From Clostridia bacterium (GTDB lineage Bacteria; Bacillota; Clostridia; Oscillospirales; CAG-272): a DNA stretch of 64,000 nucleotides. How positions within the stretch are numbered: the first letter of the stretch is position 1; each line of letters begins with the position of its first letter. Positions 37,363 through 47,488 of the stretch are shown in pieces. Location: assembly GCA_017462795.1 (NCBI GenBank), contig JAFTQL010000041.1, positions 8,489-72,488 on the forward strand, given 5' to 3'. A model generated the notes under the pieces. That model was not told the DNA's origin. It did not search any database and saw only the letters and a list, made by a program, of their open reading frames with translations. Both the position numbers and the translations under genes were made by a program.

Positions 37363-37390
37363 AGACTCGATAAAAGCATATGTTTATTAT

Positions 37391-37422
37391 AGCCCCGATC
37401 GGCATTTTTGCCCATCGGGGCT
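37391..37422 (+). terminator. terminator hairpin after the GH2 gene
   Basis: agccccgatcggc / gcccatcggggct (13-bp stem with one mismatch) and a T-rich loop. Confidence 0.5.
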
Positions 37423-37463
37423 GAATTAAAATCAACCGCAGAAAAAGAATTTGCTCTAATCTA

Positions 37464-37492
37464 TTGAAAAATAAGGGAATATCTGTTATAAT
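37464..37492 (+). promoter_or_regulatory. sigma-A-like promoter for the ACT/UPF0210 operon
   Basis: TTGAAA (37464-37469), 17 nt, then TG-n-TATAAT (37487-37492). Confidence 0.5.
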
Positions 37493-37542
37493 ATAGTGTA
37501 TAATTATTTATTTGCCCGTGTATGCGGGTGGGAGGTTTGATA

Positions 37543-37812
37543 ATGAAGGCAGTTGTAACCGTTGTAGGACATGACGCAAAGGGTATTATCGCCAAGGTCA
37601 GCTCTAAATGCGCTGAATTCGGCGGAAACATAGTTGAGATATCTCAGAGTGTTCTCAAGGAGTATTTTGCGATGATAATGGTGATAGAAGTGAATGACAT
37701 CACCGTTCCTTTCGCGACTCTTGTTGAGGAGCTACGTGTATTAGGTGAGGCGAACGGACTTGATATCCGCACTATGCACGAGGATGTTTTCAATTCAATG
37801 CACAGGATCTGA
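37543..37812 (+). CDS. ACT-domain protein (UPF0237 family)
   Basis: MKAVVTVVGHDAKGIIAKVS... The ATG at 37543 is preceded by GGGAGG. Conserved partner of the UPF0210 gene. Confidence 0.8.
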   Translation: MKAVVTVVGHDAKGIIAKVSSKCAEFGGNIVEISQSVLKEYFAMIMVIEVNDITVPFATLVEELRVLGEANGLDIRTMHEDVFNSMHRI

Positions 37813-37821
37813 GGAGCGGAC

Positions 37822-39180
37822 ATGATCAATACAAACGATATTCTTGAAACAATAAATATGATAAAGGATGAGAACCTGGATATACGTACCATAACCATGG
37901 GTATCTCCCTTTATGATTGCGCGGGTGACGATGTGAATGTTGTCTGCGACAGGATCTACGATAAGATCACGAAAACAGCCGAGCATCTTGTAAGCACGGG
38001 CTGTGACATTGAAAAGGAGTACGGTATTCCGATAATAAACAAGCGTGTGTCCGTAACTCCCATATCCATGGTGGGCGGCAGATTTACACCTGACGACTAT
38101 GTAAAGATGGCAAAGGCTCTTGACAGAGCGGCGCATACACTCGGTATAAACTTTATCGGCGGCTACGGCGCGCTTGTTCAGAAGGGCTTTACAAACAACG
38201 CGAGAAATCTTATCGCGTCCATCCCCGAGGCACTGTCCACCACCGAGCGCGTCTGCTCTTCGGTAAACGTGGCTTCCACAAAGGCGGGGATCAATATGGA
38301 TGCGGTTGCTCTTATGGGTAAGATAATCAAGGAGACCGCATACCTCACACGTGATAACGAGTCCATCGGCTGCGCAAAGCTTGTTGTGTTTGCCAATGTT
38401 CCCGAGGATAACCCCTTTATGGCGGGCGCGTTCCACGGCGTGGGCGAGGCTGAGACTGTTGTCAGCGTCGGTGTTTCGGGTCCCGGTGTCGTCAGCTCTG
38501 CGGTCAAGCGCGCGGGTAACTGTGACTTCAGCGCTCTCGCTGAGATCATAAAAAAGACCGCGTTCAAGATCACCCGTATGGGTCAGCTGGTTGCTACGGA
38601 GGCTTCAAGGCGTCTTGGCGTACCGTTTGGTATAGTTGACTTGTCTCTCGCCCCTACGCCCGCTGTAGGCGACTCTGTTGCCCACATCCTTGAGGGTATG
38701 GGACTTGAACGCTGCGGAGGTCACGGAACAACCGCGGCTCTTGCGCTTCTCAACGACGCGGTCAAGAAGGGCGGCGTAATGGCGTCCTCTCAGGTCGGCG
38801 GACTTTCGGGCGCGTTTATTCCTGTTTCCGAGGATGCCGGAATGATAGATGCCGTCAAGTGCGGCGCGCTCTCCATGGAAAAGCTTGAGGCAATGACGGC
38901 GGTCTGCTCCGTTGGTCTTGATATGATAGCCATCCCCGGAGATACTCCCGAGGATGTTATCTGCGGTATTATCGCGGACGAGATATCTATCGGCGTTGCA
39001 AATACCAAGACGACAGCCGTTCGTGTTATTCCCGCGTACGGTAAGGGCGTGGGAGATTCCGTGGAATTCGGCGGACTTTTAGGATATGCTCCCATAATGA
39101 GTCTGAATCCCTTCCGTTGTGAGCAGTTTATCGCCCGCGGCGGTCATATACCCGCACCCATACATTCTTTGAAGAACTGA
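37822..39180 (+). CDS. UPF0210/DUF711 (PFL-like) family protein
   Basis: [25 protein letters not shown]-terminus. About 450 aa. Sits downstream of the ACT gene. Confidence 0.85.
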   Translation: MINTNDILETINMIKDENLDIRTITMGISLYDCAGDDVNVVCDRIYDKITKTAEHLVSTGCDIEKEYGIPIINKRVSVTPISMVGGRFTPDDYVKMAKALDRAAHTLGINFIGGYGALVQKGFTNNARNLIASIPEALSTTERVCSSVNVASTKAGINMDAVALMGKIIKETAYLTRDNESIGCAKLVVFANVPEDNPFMAGAFHGVGEAETVVSVGVSGPGVVSSAVKRAGNCDFSALAEIIKKTAFKITRMGQLVATEASRRLGVPFGIVDLSLAPTPAVGDSVAHILEGMGLERCGGHGTTAALALLNDAVKKGGVMASSQVGGLSGAFIPVSEDAGMIDAVKCGALSMEKLEAMTAVCSVGLDMIAIPGDTPEDVICGIIADEISIGVANTKTTAVRVIPAYGKGVGDSVEFGGLLGYAPIMSLNPFRCEQFIARGGHIPAPIHSLKN

Positions 39181-39190
39181 GATGTTTTTC

Positions 39191-39227
39191 GGGAGAAGCT
39201 TTTGATAAAGGCTTCTCCCGTTTTTTT
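39191..39227 (+). terminator. rho-independent terminator
   Basis: gggagaagc / gcttctccc stem followed by TTTTTTT. Confidence 0.7.
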
Positions 39228-39271
39228 GCAAAATTTTAGGAATCCCGTAAAAGAGATTCCTAAAAATTATA

Positions 39272-39985
39272 CTAAAATTCAATTGTTTGCGCACCTTCAA
39301 GTAATCTTGCCGAGCGTGCCATAACGGTTTGAAGATGATCGCGCAAATGCTTGTCGGCGGTGGCGAATTTTTTATACAGCTTATCGTCAACACCGTGCAG
39401 ATCGCTTCCTACAGCGCATATTCTGTCGGTTTTGGCAAGCAGGTCAAGGATGGTTCTGCGTATGCCGATGTGTCCGAGAGAATCGGCGTTTATTTGCGCT
39501 AATGCTCCGATGTCAAGCATATTTTTTACGCTTTCGGGATAGCGCTTCAGATATCTGTCGATGTGCGCCAGCACTACGGTATAGCCCATCGAGATCAGCT
39601 CTTCAACCGTATCATAATGATTTTCACGGAGCTGATGCAGCGGAAGCTCAAGAAGAATGACTCTTGTACCGCGTATACACAGACTGCCGAGATCGGACAT
39701 GGAGCAGAGGTTTTCGCAAAGAAGCACTTCAGCGCCGATGCACAGCTTGGGGGATGAAGTGATCTCATAGTCCCTCAGCCTGAGTAACGCGCGCTCCACC
39801 TTTCTTGTGAAATCATTTGCGGTGCTGATATGAGGATAAAAGTGAGAGGTGGCGACCGCTATATCGGTTCCAAAGGAACGCATAAGCGACAGCTGTCTGA
39901 TACTTTCCTCCGTACTTGCGCAACCGTGATCCACACGGGAAAGAATATGGGAATGAAAATCTATGACAGGTGAACGGATAGCCAT
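39272..39985 (-). CDS. PHP-family protein-tyrosine phosphatase (CpsB/YwqE type)
   Basis: IDFHSHILSRVDHG N-terminal metal motif, then later HFYPH and LAHIDRY. Confidence 0.8.
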   Translation of the reverse strand: MAIRSPVIDFHSHILSRVDHGCASTEESIRQLSLMRSFGTDIAVATSHFYPHISTANDFTRKVERALLRLRDYEITSSPKLCIGAEVLLCENLCSMSDLGSLCIRGTRVILLELPLHQLRENHYDTVEELISMGYTVVLAHIDRYLKRYPESVKNMLDIGALAQINADSLGHIGIRRTILDLLAKTDRICAVGSDLHGVDDKLYKKFATADKHLRDHLQTVMARSARLLEGAQTIEF

Positions 39986-40029
39986 GCTGTCATCTTCCTT
40001 TCCGTATTAACAATATCAATAAGATGTGA

Positions 40030-40767
40030 TCAATCCTTGTTTGAACTGTAATAATAGCCGTAGCCGTACTTCTTGCCGTACTTACCGTAGCCCTCGCCCT
40101 TAAGGCTTGTTCCATTTACCACCATGCCCAATACCTTGGCGCCTATTTTCTCAAGCGTGGCAATAGCGGCATTTACGTGCTTTGCGTCACTCTTGTTTGC
40201 CATAGCTACGATAACATAGCCCTCAACAAGCTGTGCAACGGAAAGTGGGTCGGAGACCACACCAACGGGGGGAAGGTCGATAAACACAACATCGTATTCC
40301 TGTTTCCATTTTTCGATAAGCTCCCCAAACAGCTTGCTGTTGATAAGCTCGGAGGGATTTGGAGGGATACATCCGCTTGTCAGCAGGAACAGGGAAGGAG
40401 CGGGATTGCAGATGACCTGCTTATCGTTGTCAACAATTCCCGACAAAAGCTCACTGAGTCCTGCGTGCTTTTTCGTATATCCGAAGTTTTTGTACTGAAC
40501 GGGGCGACGCATATCAGCGTCAACAAGCAGTACTTTTTTTCCAAGCTGGGCAAAGGAGACTGCCAGATTGGATATCACCGTACTTTTGCCGACCCCCGCC
40601 TCTGCGGAGCTGACAGCGTAAACGGGACATCCGTCTCCCTTCTTAGCCGTGTACATGAGATTGGTTCTCAGCTGATTGAAGGATTCTCTTATGGCAAAGG
40701 GAGTTGTTTCATCAAGCATTCTTCTTCTTTGGCTATTTGATGATACGTTTTTTGGATTATTGCTCAT
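40030..40767 (-). CDS. BY-kinase cytoplasmic ATPase (CpsD/YwqD type)
   Basis: Walker A SAEAGVGKST, Walker A' LLVDADMRRP, Walker B VVFIDLPP. C-terminal Tyr cluster YGKYGKKYGYGYYY. Confidence 0.85.
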   Translation of the reverse strand: MSNNPKNVSSNSQRRRMLDETTPFAIRESFNQLRTNLMYTAKKGDGCPVYAVSSAEAGVGKSTVISNLAVSFAQLGKKVLLVDADMRRPVQYKNFGYTKKHAGLSELLSGIVDNDKQVICNPAPSLFLLTSGCIPPNPSELINSKLFGELIEKWKQEYDVVFIDLPPVGVVSDPLSVAQLVEGYVIVAMANKSDAKHVNAAIATLEKIGAKVLGMVVNGTSLKGEGYGKYGKKYGYGYYYSSNKD

Positions 40768-40778
40768 TTTTGAACTCC

Positions 40779-41624
40779 TTAGTTCTTTTCTGTCTGTTTT
40801 GCTTTGTTTTCGGTGTTTGCGTTATTTGCGTTGCCTACGTTCCATGTGGGTATATCGCCGATAATGGGATGCTCCACAAGTTCCTTTGCGCTTTCTTCGC
40901 TTCTGATGGTAGTGTCGAAAAGCTTACGGATAAGGAAGATAGCGTACGCTAAGCATGCGGCAAGAACGCCTCCGATAAATGTGTTCTTGAGAAGGCTGGG
41001 AGATACGTGAGTTCTTGCAAGCTCGGGAGAGCGGATAACCGTTACGCACTCAAGATCTGCCTCGGTGATAAGAACATACTTGTCAACTGTCTCACCGTTC
41101 TCGTTCTTTACCGTCTCTTTTCTGTACATATTGGAAACATAGCTGGGACGGGAGATCTCTCTTATTATTTTAGGAGCGTTTTCCTTTATGGACTCCGAAA
41201 CGTAGTAGGCTACGTTCTTGTCAGTGTGAGTAACTGTTATCTGGAAAATAGAGGACTCGGCTGATGTTTTTGCGGAGATCATTGCTCTGACATTGGAGGG
41301 AGTACAGCCTGTGTAGCCCTTGGCGGTCAGATCCTGAATTATCTGATCTATCATCCGGTCTCCGAGTATGATCTCAATATAGTCGTTGGCAAGATACTCA
41401 ACAGCGGACAGCAACGCCGAGGTGGTGTATTCCGAGGTCACACTGCTATTGATGATATAGAATTCGGTAGAAGAAGAGTACTGCTTGTCTATTGCAAATT
41501 CTGTTACAGCCGCAACCAAAAGCATAACGACAAGAGTTATTATGAGTATTTTCCACCAAGATGATTTCAGAATTTTAAATAGAAATACAAGGCTTATTTC
41601 GTTTGTCATGATAATTCCTTTCAT
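40779..41624 (-). CDS. Wzz/chain-length-determinant transmembrane modulator (CpsC/YwqC type)
   Basis: N- and C-terminal TM helices flank a periplasm-like domain. Sits directly upstream of the BY-kinase gene. Confidence 0.75.
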   Translation of the reverse strand: MKGIIMTNEISLVFLFKILKSSWWKILIITLVVMLLVAAVTEFAIDKQYSSSTEFYIINSSVTSEYTTSALLSAVEYLANDYIEIILGDRMIDQIIQDLTAKGYTGCTPSNVRAMISAKTSAESSIFQITVTHTDKNVAYYVSESIKENAPKIIREISRPSYVSNMYRKETVKNENGETVDKYVLITEADLECVTVIRSPELARTHVSPSLLKNTFIGGVLAACLAYAIFLIRKLFDTTIRSEESAKELVEHPIIGDIPTWNVGNANNANTENKAKQTEKN

Positions 41625-41741
41625 TCGGCAAGAGCCGGATTTTGTTTTTTATTTCACTTTTATAATTATAACATACATAGGCGTATTTGTCAACCGATAT
41701 TAAACAATTAATCGGTTTATCCGACGGTATACGCCATATTT

Positions 41742-42122
41742 TTAATGACAGTGGTCTGTGAAAAATCCTTCAAGGTTGACGGAGAATACACCGTCACCGT
41801 CTTTTTTGAAGCCGATCTGCAAAAGCAGAGGCTCGTCGGTTACCTCTCCGACATATGTAGCGTAATGTACGCCGCACAGGTCAATAAAGTTGAGAGCGCC
41901 TCTGCCCATTACGAACAGAGCCTCACGGTTGTAATGATCAAGCGTGGGAGCTATATCGTATATCACGCCTCCCTTATCCGTCAGCTTGAACTGGCACACA
42001 CCCGCAAGCGTGTCGTCTACGGAGGCGGCGTAAGCCAGCAGATCGGCGTTAAACTCAACTCCGCATCTTTCGCAGATCTCCTTCTGCTCATTCTTTGTCT
42101 GTATTGGTAAAACCTTCAGCAT
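41742..42122 (-). CDS. hypothetical protein
   Basis: 126-aa ORF in the same orientation as its neighbours. No motif recognised. Confidence 0.4.
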   Translation of the reverse strand: MLKVLPIQTKNEQKEICERCGVEFNADLLAYAASVDDTLAGVCQFKLTDKGGVIYDIAPTLDHYNREALFVMGRGALNFIDLCGVHYATYVGEVTDEPLLLQIGFKKDGDGVFSVNLEGFFTDHCH

Positions 42123-42128
42123 TATCCG

Positions 42129-42881
42129 TTATTTTCCTTTCTGTTGCTTTGAGTCTCCGCCGCTTCTGAGGTATTCCATCTCGGATCTTGTAAGCCGCCT
42201 CCACTTACCCGAAGGCAGCTTTCCGAGACACAGCTTACCGATGCTTATGCGGCAAAGCCTTTTTATTTTCAGCGACTGGGTATCGCACATTTTTCTTATT
42301 TGTCTGTTCCGTCCTTCAAACAGTGTCATCTCAAGGATGGTGGTATCGGGAGTGGAATGAGGGAAGGGAAGCCGCACGGTCTTCACGGGCTGTATTCTGT
42401 AGCCGTCGATCACCATGCTTTTATTGAGCGCATCAAGCTGTGTGTCGCTCACCTGACCGCGCACGCTGACACGGTATATCTTTGGTATCTCGTGCTTTGG
42501 ATGAGTGAGAATATCGGCAAGCGCGCCGTCGTTGGTCATGAGCAGGAGTCCGTCGGAGTCCATGTCAAGCCGTCCCACAGGATAAACCCTTACACCAAGA
42601 TCCTCCACAAGCATGCTCACGTTTTTCCGTCCCCGCTCATCTGACATGGTGGTGACGTAACCGCGGGGCTTGTTGAGCATTATGCAGATCTTTTCATCGC
42701 AATGGGAAATGATTATTTTTCCTCCGTATTCCACCTTGTCAACGCCGGCGTCTATCACCGTTCCCACGGTAGCTATCTCGCCGTTGACCTTCACCTTGCC
42801 CAGCCTTATTTGTTCCTCGGCGGCGCGCCGCGACATAACGCCGCAGTCGGTGAAATATTTCTGTAATCTTACTAAAGCCAT
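42129..42881 (-). CDS. rluB: rRNA pseudouridine synthase (RsuA/RluB family)
   Basis: N-terminal S4 domain (LQKYFTDCGVMSRRAAE). Catalytic GRLDMDSDGLLL motif. Confidence 0.85.
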   Translation of the reverse strand: MALVRLQKYFTDCGVMSRRAAEEQIRLGKVKVNGEIATVGTVIDAGVDKVEYGGKIIISHCDEKICIMLNKPRGYVTTMSDERGRKNVSMLVEDLGVRVYPVGRLDMDSDGLLLMTNDGALADILTHPKHEIPKIYRVSVRGQVSDTQLDALNKSMVIDGYRIQPVKTVRLPFPHSTPDTTILEMTLFEGRNRQIRKMCDTQSLKIKRLCRISIGKLCLGKLPSGKWRRLTRSEMEYLRSGGDSKQQKGK

Positions 42882-42884
42882 TTT

Positions 42885-44018
42885 TCAGTCCTTAAATATA
42901 TCTGCTATCCTTTGCAGAAAACTCTTTTTTGTTCGCTTTGCCTCCACGTCCGTCCCCGCTCTGAGCGCAGAGCTTGCCGATTGGTCGTTGAACGTGACCG
43001 TCACTCTTCCGCACAGCGTGTCTTTGGTTACTGGCGCGTAAAGAAAACGGTGAGAGGACTCCACAAGATATTCGACATCCGCTGAATTTTTAGGCATTGT
43101 GAGTATCAGCGCGGACTCATTGCGAAGCGTGACTTGCTCGTATACTCCTCCCGTTACGGGAATGCCGTACTCAAACTTACCCGCCTCTGCTATAACGCGT
43201 CTCTCGAAATTCTCATAGCCGTAGTCAAGCATGGCGGTGTGATCCCGCCAGTCATCGGGCGCGTTGAGAGTTACGCAGATAAGAGTAAGCCCACCTCGCT
43301 CGGCGGCGCTTACAAGACACCTGCCTGTTTTTTTGGTAAAGCCGGTCTTCATGCCAATAGCGCCGTCATAGCTTCGTAGCAGCTTGTTATGATTTACAGC
43401 CAGCCTGCCTCCCGCCTCTCCGTTCAAGGGAAGGGGGGCTTTATAGGTAGCGCATATCTTGCGGAGAAGATCGTTCTTGAGCACCTCTCTCGCGATGACC
43501 CCAAGGTCATAGGCGGTGGTGTAGTGATCCTCATCATACAACCCGTGCGGATTTACAAAATGTGTATCCTCAAGTCCGAGCTCTGCGGCTAAGTTGTTCA
43601 TCTCATCAGCAAATTTTCCGATACTGCCCGAGCAGAATATTGCCAGAGCTGCCGCCGCGTCGTTGGCTGAGGACAGTAGCAGACCGTACAACAGCTCCTC
43701 CACCGTCAGCCTTTCTCCCTCAAAGAGATATAGTGATGAGCCTTCGATACCCACCGCATCCTTTGATACCGTCACCGTAAGGTCGGTATCCGTCAGCCTG
43801 ACTATCGTCAGTGCCGTCATCAGCTTTGTGGTGCTTGCCATTCCCATTCTCTGCCTTGCGTTGCTTTCATAAAGAACAGCCCCGCTGTGAAAGTCCATAA
43901 GAACGGCGCTCTGAGCCGACAGTGAAAGCGGAGCGGCATGACAAAAAAGAGTAGCCGTCTGTAAAAGGATCGCTACGGTAATAAAAAACGCTGTAAAAGC
44001 TTTGGTCTTCGCTTTCAT
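42885..44018 (-). CDS. D-alanyl-D-alanine carboxypeptidase (S11, PBP5 type)
   Basis: Signal peptide. SxxK motif as ASTTKLMTA, SAN (SxN) and KTGFT (KTG). Confidence 0.85.
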   Translation of the reverse strand: MKAKTKAFTAFFITVAILLQTATLFCHAAPLSLSAQSAVLMDFHSGAVLYESNARQRMGMASTTKLMTALTIVRLTDTDLTVTVSKDAVGIEGSSLYLFEGERLTVEELLYGLLLSSANDAAAALAIFCSGSIGKFADEMNNLAAELGLEDTHFVNPHGLYDEDHYTTAYDLGVIAREVLKNDLLRKICATYKAPLPLNGEAGGRLAVNHNKLLRSYDGAIGMKTGFTKKTGRCLVSAAERGGLTLICVTLNAPDDWRDHTAMLDYGYENFERRVIAEAGKFEYGIPVTGGVYEQVTLRNESALILTMPKNSADVEYLVESSHRFLYAPVTKDTLCGRVTVTFNDQSASSALRAGTDVEAKRTKKSFLQRIADIFKD

Positions 44019-44083
44019 GATCTGCCCTCACATTATGTAATTTTTCTTCAATATACAATATATGAGAGCAGACATTATTTAAT

Positions 44084-44494
44084 TCAGATATCTTCCTTGT
44101 CCTTAGCGAACAGATCCTTGATCTTTGCTATAATATCGGGAGCGCGCTCAACAAGATCGGCGATCTGATCCACGGGATCGGGCTTGCCCTTGGTGGAAAC
44201 ATTGAGGAACTCTACATCACCGTCTGCATCCACAACAAGGAAGCCGATGGGATTTACGGTAAGTCCTGTTCCGCCGCCACCGCCGAAGTTCTGAGGACGG
44301 GGCTGAGCGTCCTTCTTGGGATTGTAATCGAATCCGCTCGCGGCAATGCCGACTGATATCTTGGATATTGGGATAATAGTCGTACCCTGAGGAGTGGTGA
44401 TAGGATCTCCCACTACCTTATTTGCGTCAAACATAGAGCGTATGTTCTCCATGGAAGAGCGGATTATCTCGGGAATTTTGTTTTCGTTTGCCAT
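44084..44494 (-). CDS. ytfJ: sporulation protein YtfJ (GerW family)
   Basis: GDPITTPQGTTIIPISKISVG followed by a GGGGGTG loop, as expected for the family. Confidence 0.8.
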   Translation of the reverse strand: MANENKIPEIIRSSMENIRSMFDANKVVGDPITTPQGTTIIPISKISVGIAASGFDYNPKKDAQPRPQNFGGGGGTGLTVNPIGFLVVDADGDVEFLNVSTKGKPDPVDQIADLVERAPDIIAKIKDLFAKDKEDI

Positions 44495-44530
44495 AACTTT
44501 TTCCTTTCTGTTTATGTGGATGTGAATTTA

Positions 44531-45205
44531 TTATTTACTTTTATTTTTTACCATGTGCTTGATTAGCTGTCCCAGCGCGGCGAAGGCAACATGGAAAACA
44601 TGCCATACGCGGAGCGCGAAGGATATTTTTATATCAGCGGAGATGCTCTCCGAAAGATAATCAACATCAATGCTTATGTCCCTTGCCTCGGGAAGATCAA
44701 AGCCCTTGATGGGCTCGAGAATGTGGAACAAATGAAGAGCCGCGTCGCAGATAGCGCCGTACGCGATAGCCGTTGTAGCCGCGTCCCCCGTGGCAACCGT
44801 TACCTTGAATCTTGCAAGGTCGATGCGCAGATGACCGAAGAATTTTTTGATCACGACAACAACGATGTCCTTGACCATGGAGATAATGTCGAGTATCTCA
44901 GATAAGCTCTTCTTTTTCTTGGGCTTTGCCTTTTCCTGTTCCTTTTCTATCTTTTTTTGCTTTTTCTTCTGTTTCTTCTTTAAAGCCTTTTTTCGCAGTC
45001 CCTCTTTTATCTTTTTTGCCTTTTTTTCACTCATGGAGAAAGGACCTTTTTTCTTGCCTTTTTTAGGAAGAATTTTTATTTTGAAGCACAGAACTCTGAC
45101 AAAAAGTCTGACTTCATCGCTGTATTCAACTGTTACCTTTGCGCGTAGAGAAAGTATGAACGCAAAGAATAGCAGTATACAACCGATGACCTTCAGCGCC
45201 GTCAT
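44531..45205 (-). CDS. DUF2953-like protein (YtfI-like) with Lys-rich linker
   Basis: N-terminal TM helix and a K-rich low-complexity segment. Conserved position upstream of ytfJ. Confidence 0.55.
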   Translation of the reverse strand: MTALKVIGCILLFFAFILSLRAKVTVEYSDEVRLFVRVLCFKIKILPKKGKKKGPFSMSEKKAKKIKEGLRKKALKKKQKKKQKKIEKEQEKAKPKKKKSLSEILDIISMVKDIVVVVIKKFFGHLRIDLARFKVTVATGDAATTAIAYGAICDAALHLFHILEPIKGFDLPEARDISIDVDYLSESISADIKISFALRVWHVFHVAFAALGQLIKHMVKNKSK

Positions 45206-45254
45206 ATTTTCCCTCCGTTTTACTTTTTTGGATTATCGGTATTTTTTATGTATT

Positions 45255-45887
45255 TTATTCGTTTTCCTCAGCCGCGGTCACTCCCGCGTCGTCGTCTGTC
45301 ATGTCGCCGTCTTCGACTATGGGAAGCTCCTCCTTGGGAGGCAGCAGCGTTTCCGTTGCGGGAAGCTCAGAGAGTGAGCTGATGCCAAACACACGGAGAA
45401 ACTTTTCCGTTGTGACATACAGCATGGGGCGTCCGGGGGCGTCCAGTCTTCCGCAGGCCTCGATAAGCCCCTTGTCTATAAGCGAGTTCATGGCATACGC
45501 GCTGTCAACGCCTCTTACCTGATCTACAAATGTTCTTGTAAGCGGCTGATTGTATGCCACTATGGCAAGCACCTCCATGGAGGAAGCGGACAGATTTCCG
45601 CCCCGACGGATGCCGAGAGCCTCTCTGATATAAGGCGCGTACTGCTCCTTTGTGCAGAATTGGCAGGTATCCTCAAAGGTGAGAAGATTTATTCCTCTTT
45701 TTGACTTTTCAGAGTTGAGATCCTTTGCCATATGCTCGATAAGCGTTTTGGTATTGCGCAGGTCGAGTCCGAGCACCTCCGCGATCTTTGTGTATTTAAC
45801 TGGATAGCCTGCGGCGTACAGTATCGCCTCTATAGCTCCCTCAATATTCTTCAGCTGATCTACCTGTGTGTTGTTTTGCTCGTTCAT
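45255..45887 (-). CDS. scpB: segregation and condensation protein B
   Basis: IEAILYAAG, LSASSMEVLAIVAYNQPLTR and GRPMLY motifs. Start at 45887 is preceded by GGGAGA (alternative at 45911). Confidence 0.85.
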   Translation of the reverse strand: MNEQNNTQVDQLKNIEGAIEAILYAAGYPVKYTKIAEVLGLDLRNTKTLIEHMAKDLNSEKSKRGINLLTFEDTCQFCTKEQYAPYIREALGIRRGGNLSASSMEVLAIVAYNQPLTRTFVDQVRGVDSAYAMNSLIDKGLIEACGRLDAPGRPMLYVTTEKFLRVFGISSLSELPATETLLPPKEELPIVEDGDMTDDDAGVTAAEENE

Positions 45888-45891
45888 GCTA

Positions 45892-46695
45892 TTATTCTCC
45901 CGTAAGGTCATTTGAGGTCATGCCGCTGATATCGTATTCGCTCTCACTGACAGTGGAGTCGTCCGTGTTGAGTATAAACCGTGTGGAGGCGCTCAGCAGT
46001 GCGTTGTCATGCTCCTCGCCGTCATCCGCCACCAATAGCTTTCGTATCTTTACAAGCTCAAGCACGCCGAGAAAGGACGCGATAAGATCGGGGAGGGTGA
46101 CCTCACCTATTATAAGATCCTCAAGTGTGGCAATGCCTCGCTTTTCAATATTTCTGAGTATGGAAACTATTTTTATCTCAACGGGTATGATGGGCTTGCT
46201 TATCATGGGCGTAAATGTGGTCGTCGCCGCCTTTTCAAGGGCGTTGTTGTATGCGATTATGCGCCTGATGGCGGCACATAGCGAGGTAACGTCCTGATCG
46301 TGGACGTAGGTCTTATCCACCGATATCTCGTCGGTGTCCTTTACCATACGTCCGCTGTAGAAGGCGTACAGAGGAGCAAGCTTTGCCGCCGCTTCCTTTG
46401 CCTGCTGATAACGGAGCAGGGCATCGGTAAGTGTGGCTCTGGGATCGTCCGCCTCTTCTTCCTCTCTGGGCAGAAGCATTCTGCTCTTGATGAGCATAAG
46501 CTCGCTTGCCATAACGATAAACTCGGAGGCAATGTCCATATCCAGCTCCTGCGCCGCCGTGATGTACTCCATGTACTGATCGCAGATGAGCGAGATGGGG
46601 ATATCGGTGATGCTGACTTTATTCTTTTGTATCAAGGTAAGCAGAAGGTCAAGAGGACCTTCAAATTGGTCAAGACGGTATGTGATTGCGTCCAT
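45892..46695 (-). CDS. scpA: segregation and condensation protein A
   Basis: FEGPLDLLLTLIQKNKVSITDIPI N-terminus. Sits directly upstream of scpB. Confidence 0.85.
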   Translation of the reverse strand: MDAITYRLDQFEGPLDLLLTLIQKNKVSITDIPISLICDQYMEYITAAQELDMDIASEFIVMASELMLIKSRMLLPREEEEADDPRATLTDALLRYQQAKEAAAKLAPLYAFYSGRMVKDTDEISVDKTYVHDQDVTSLCAAIRRIIAYNNALEKAATTTFTPMISKPIIPVEIKIVSILRNIEKRGIATLEDLIIGEVTLPDLIASFLGVLELVKIRKLLVADDGEEHDNALLSASTRFILNTDDSTVSESEYDISGMTSNDLTGE

Positions 46696-46743
46696 TTATA
46701 CCTCGCGAATAAGATTTGTAGTGTTAAAGAAGCTCAGAAAACA

Positions 46744-47451
46744 TCAGAAGACCGTTCTCAGCACAAGATCGATAAAGAAATCGGTGACAAATGCGATAGG
46801 AGTGTCCAGAAATCCCATAACAAGCACTATCATGAAAACAATATAGATGTATCTTTCATATTGCATGATCCTGAAGTATATCTTCGAGGGTAACATGGAA
46901 AGGAATATTCTCGAGCCGTCAAAGGGCGGTACGGGAATAAGATTGAACACTGCCAGTGAAACATTGAGACTGACGCCGATTATCATAAACTGAAAGAGCC
47001 AGTAAAAGCAGAGTCCCGAAAATTCCGAGGGGAGAGCCAGTGTGTACCAGAACAGCGTAAAGCTCTCGGGCTGTACAGCCTCCCATATGGCAAGCTCAGC
47101 TCGCATCAGAAGCGCGAAAACGATTGCGAGAAGTATATTTGAAAGAGGGCCTGCCAGGGCTGTGAGCGCCATGTCTCTCTTGGGTTTTTTGAAATACCGT
47201 GTGTTTATGGGAACAGGCTTTGCCCATCCGTATCCAAAGAACAGCATGCACAAAAAACCAAATGGGTCAATGTGCTTTATCGGGTTGAGGGTGAGTCTTC
47301 CCAGACTATGCGCGGTGGGATCTCCCAATTTGTATGCCACATATCCGTGGGCTGTCTCATGCACGGAGAGGGCAAGAAACACAATGGGGAGGCTCAGCAG
47401 AAACTCCATGAGAAACTGCTGTATGTTCCCCGAAAAAAGTGAACTTAACAT
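46744..47451 (-). CDS. site-2 protease family (M50) zinc metalloprotease
   Basis: HETAHG (HExxH) within a TM helix. NLIPVPPFDG second motif. Confidence 0.8.
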   Translation of the reverse strand: MLSSLFSGNIQQFLMEFLLSLPIVFLALSVHETAHGYVAYKLGDPTAHSLGRLTLNPIKHIDPFGFLCMLFFGYGWAKPVPINTRYFKKPKRDMALTALAGPLSNILLAIVFALLMRAELAIWEAVQPESFTLFWYTLALPSEFSGLCFYWLFQFMIIGVSLNVSLAVFNLIPVPPFDGSRIFLSMLPSKIYFRIMQYERYIYIVFMIVLVMGFLDTPIAFVTDFFIDLVLRTVF

Positions 47452-47488
47452 TAAATATCTCCTTATATGGTATTACCTCGGGAGACTA

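Noticed and set aside
44880-45060. A/G-rich simple-sequence stretch that resembles a repeat array.
   Set aside because: It encodes the in-frame Lys-rich linker (KKGKKKG...KKKQKKKQKK) of the DUF2953-like protein. It has no spacer/repeat periodicity and is not a CRISPR array.
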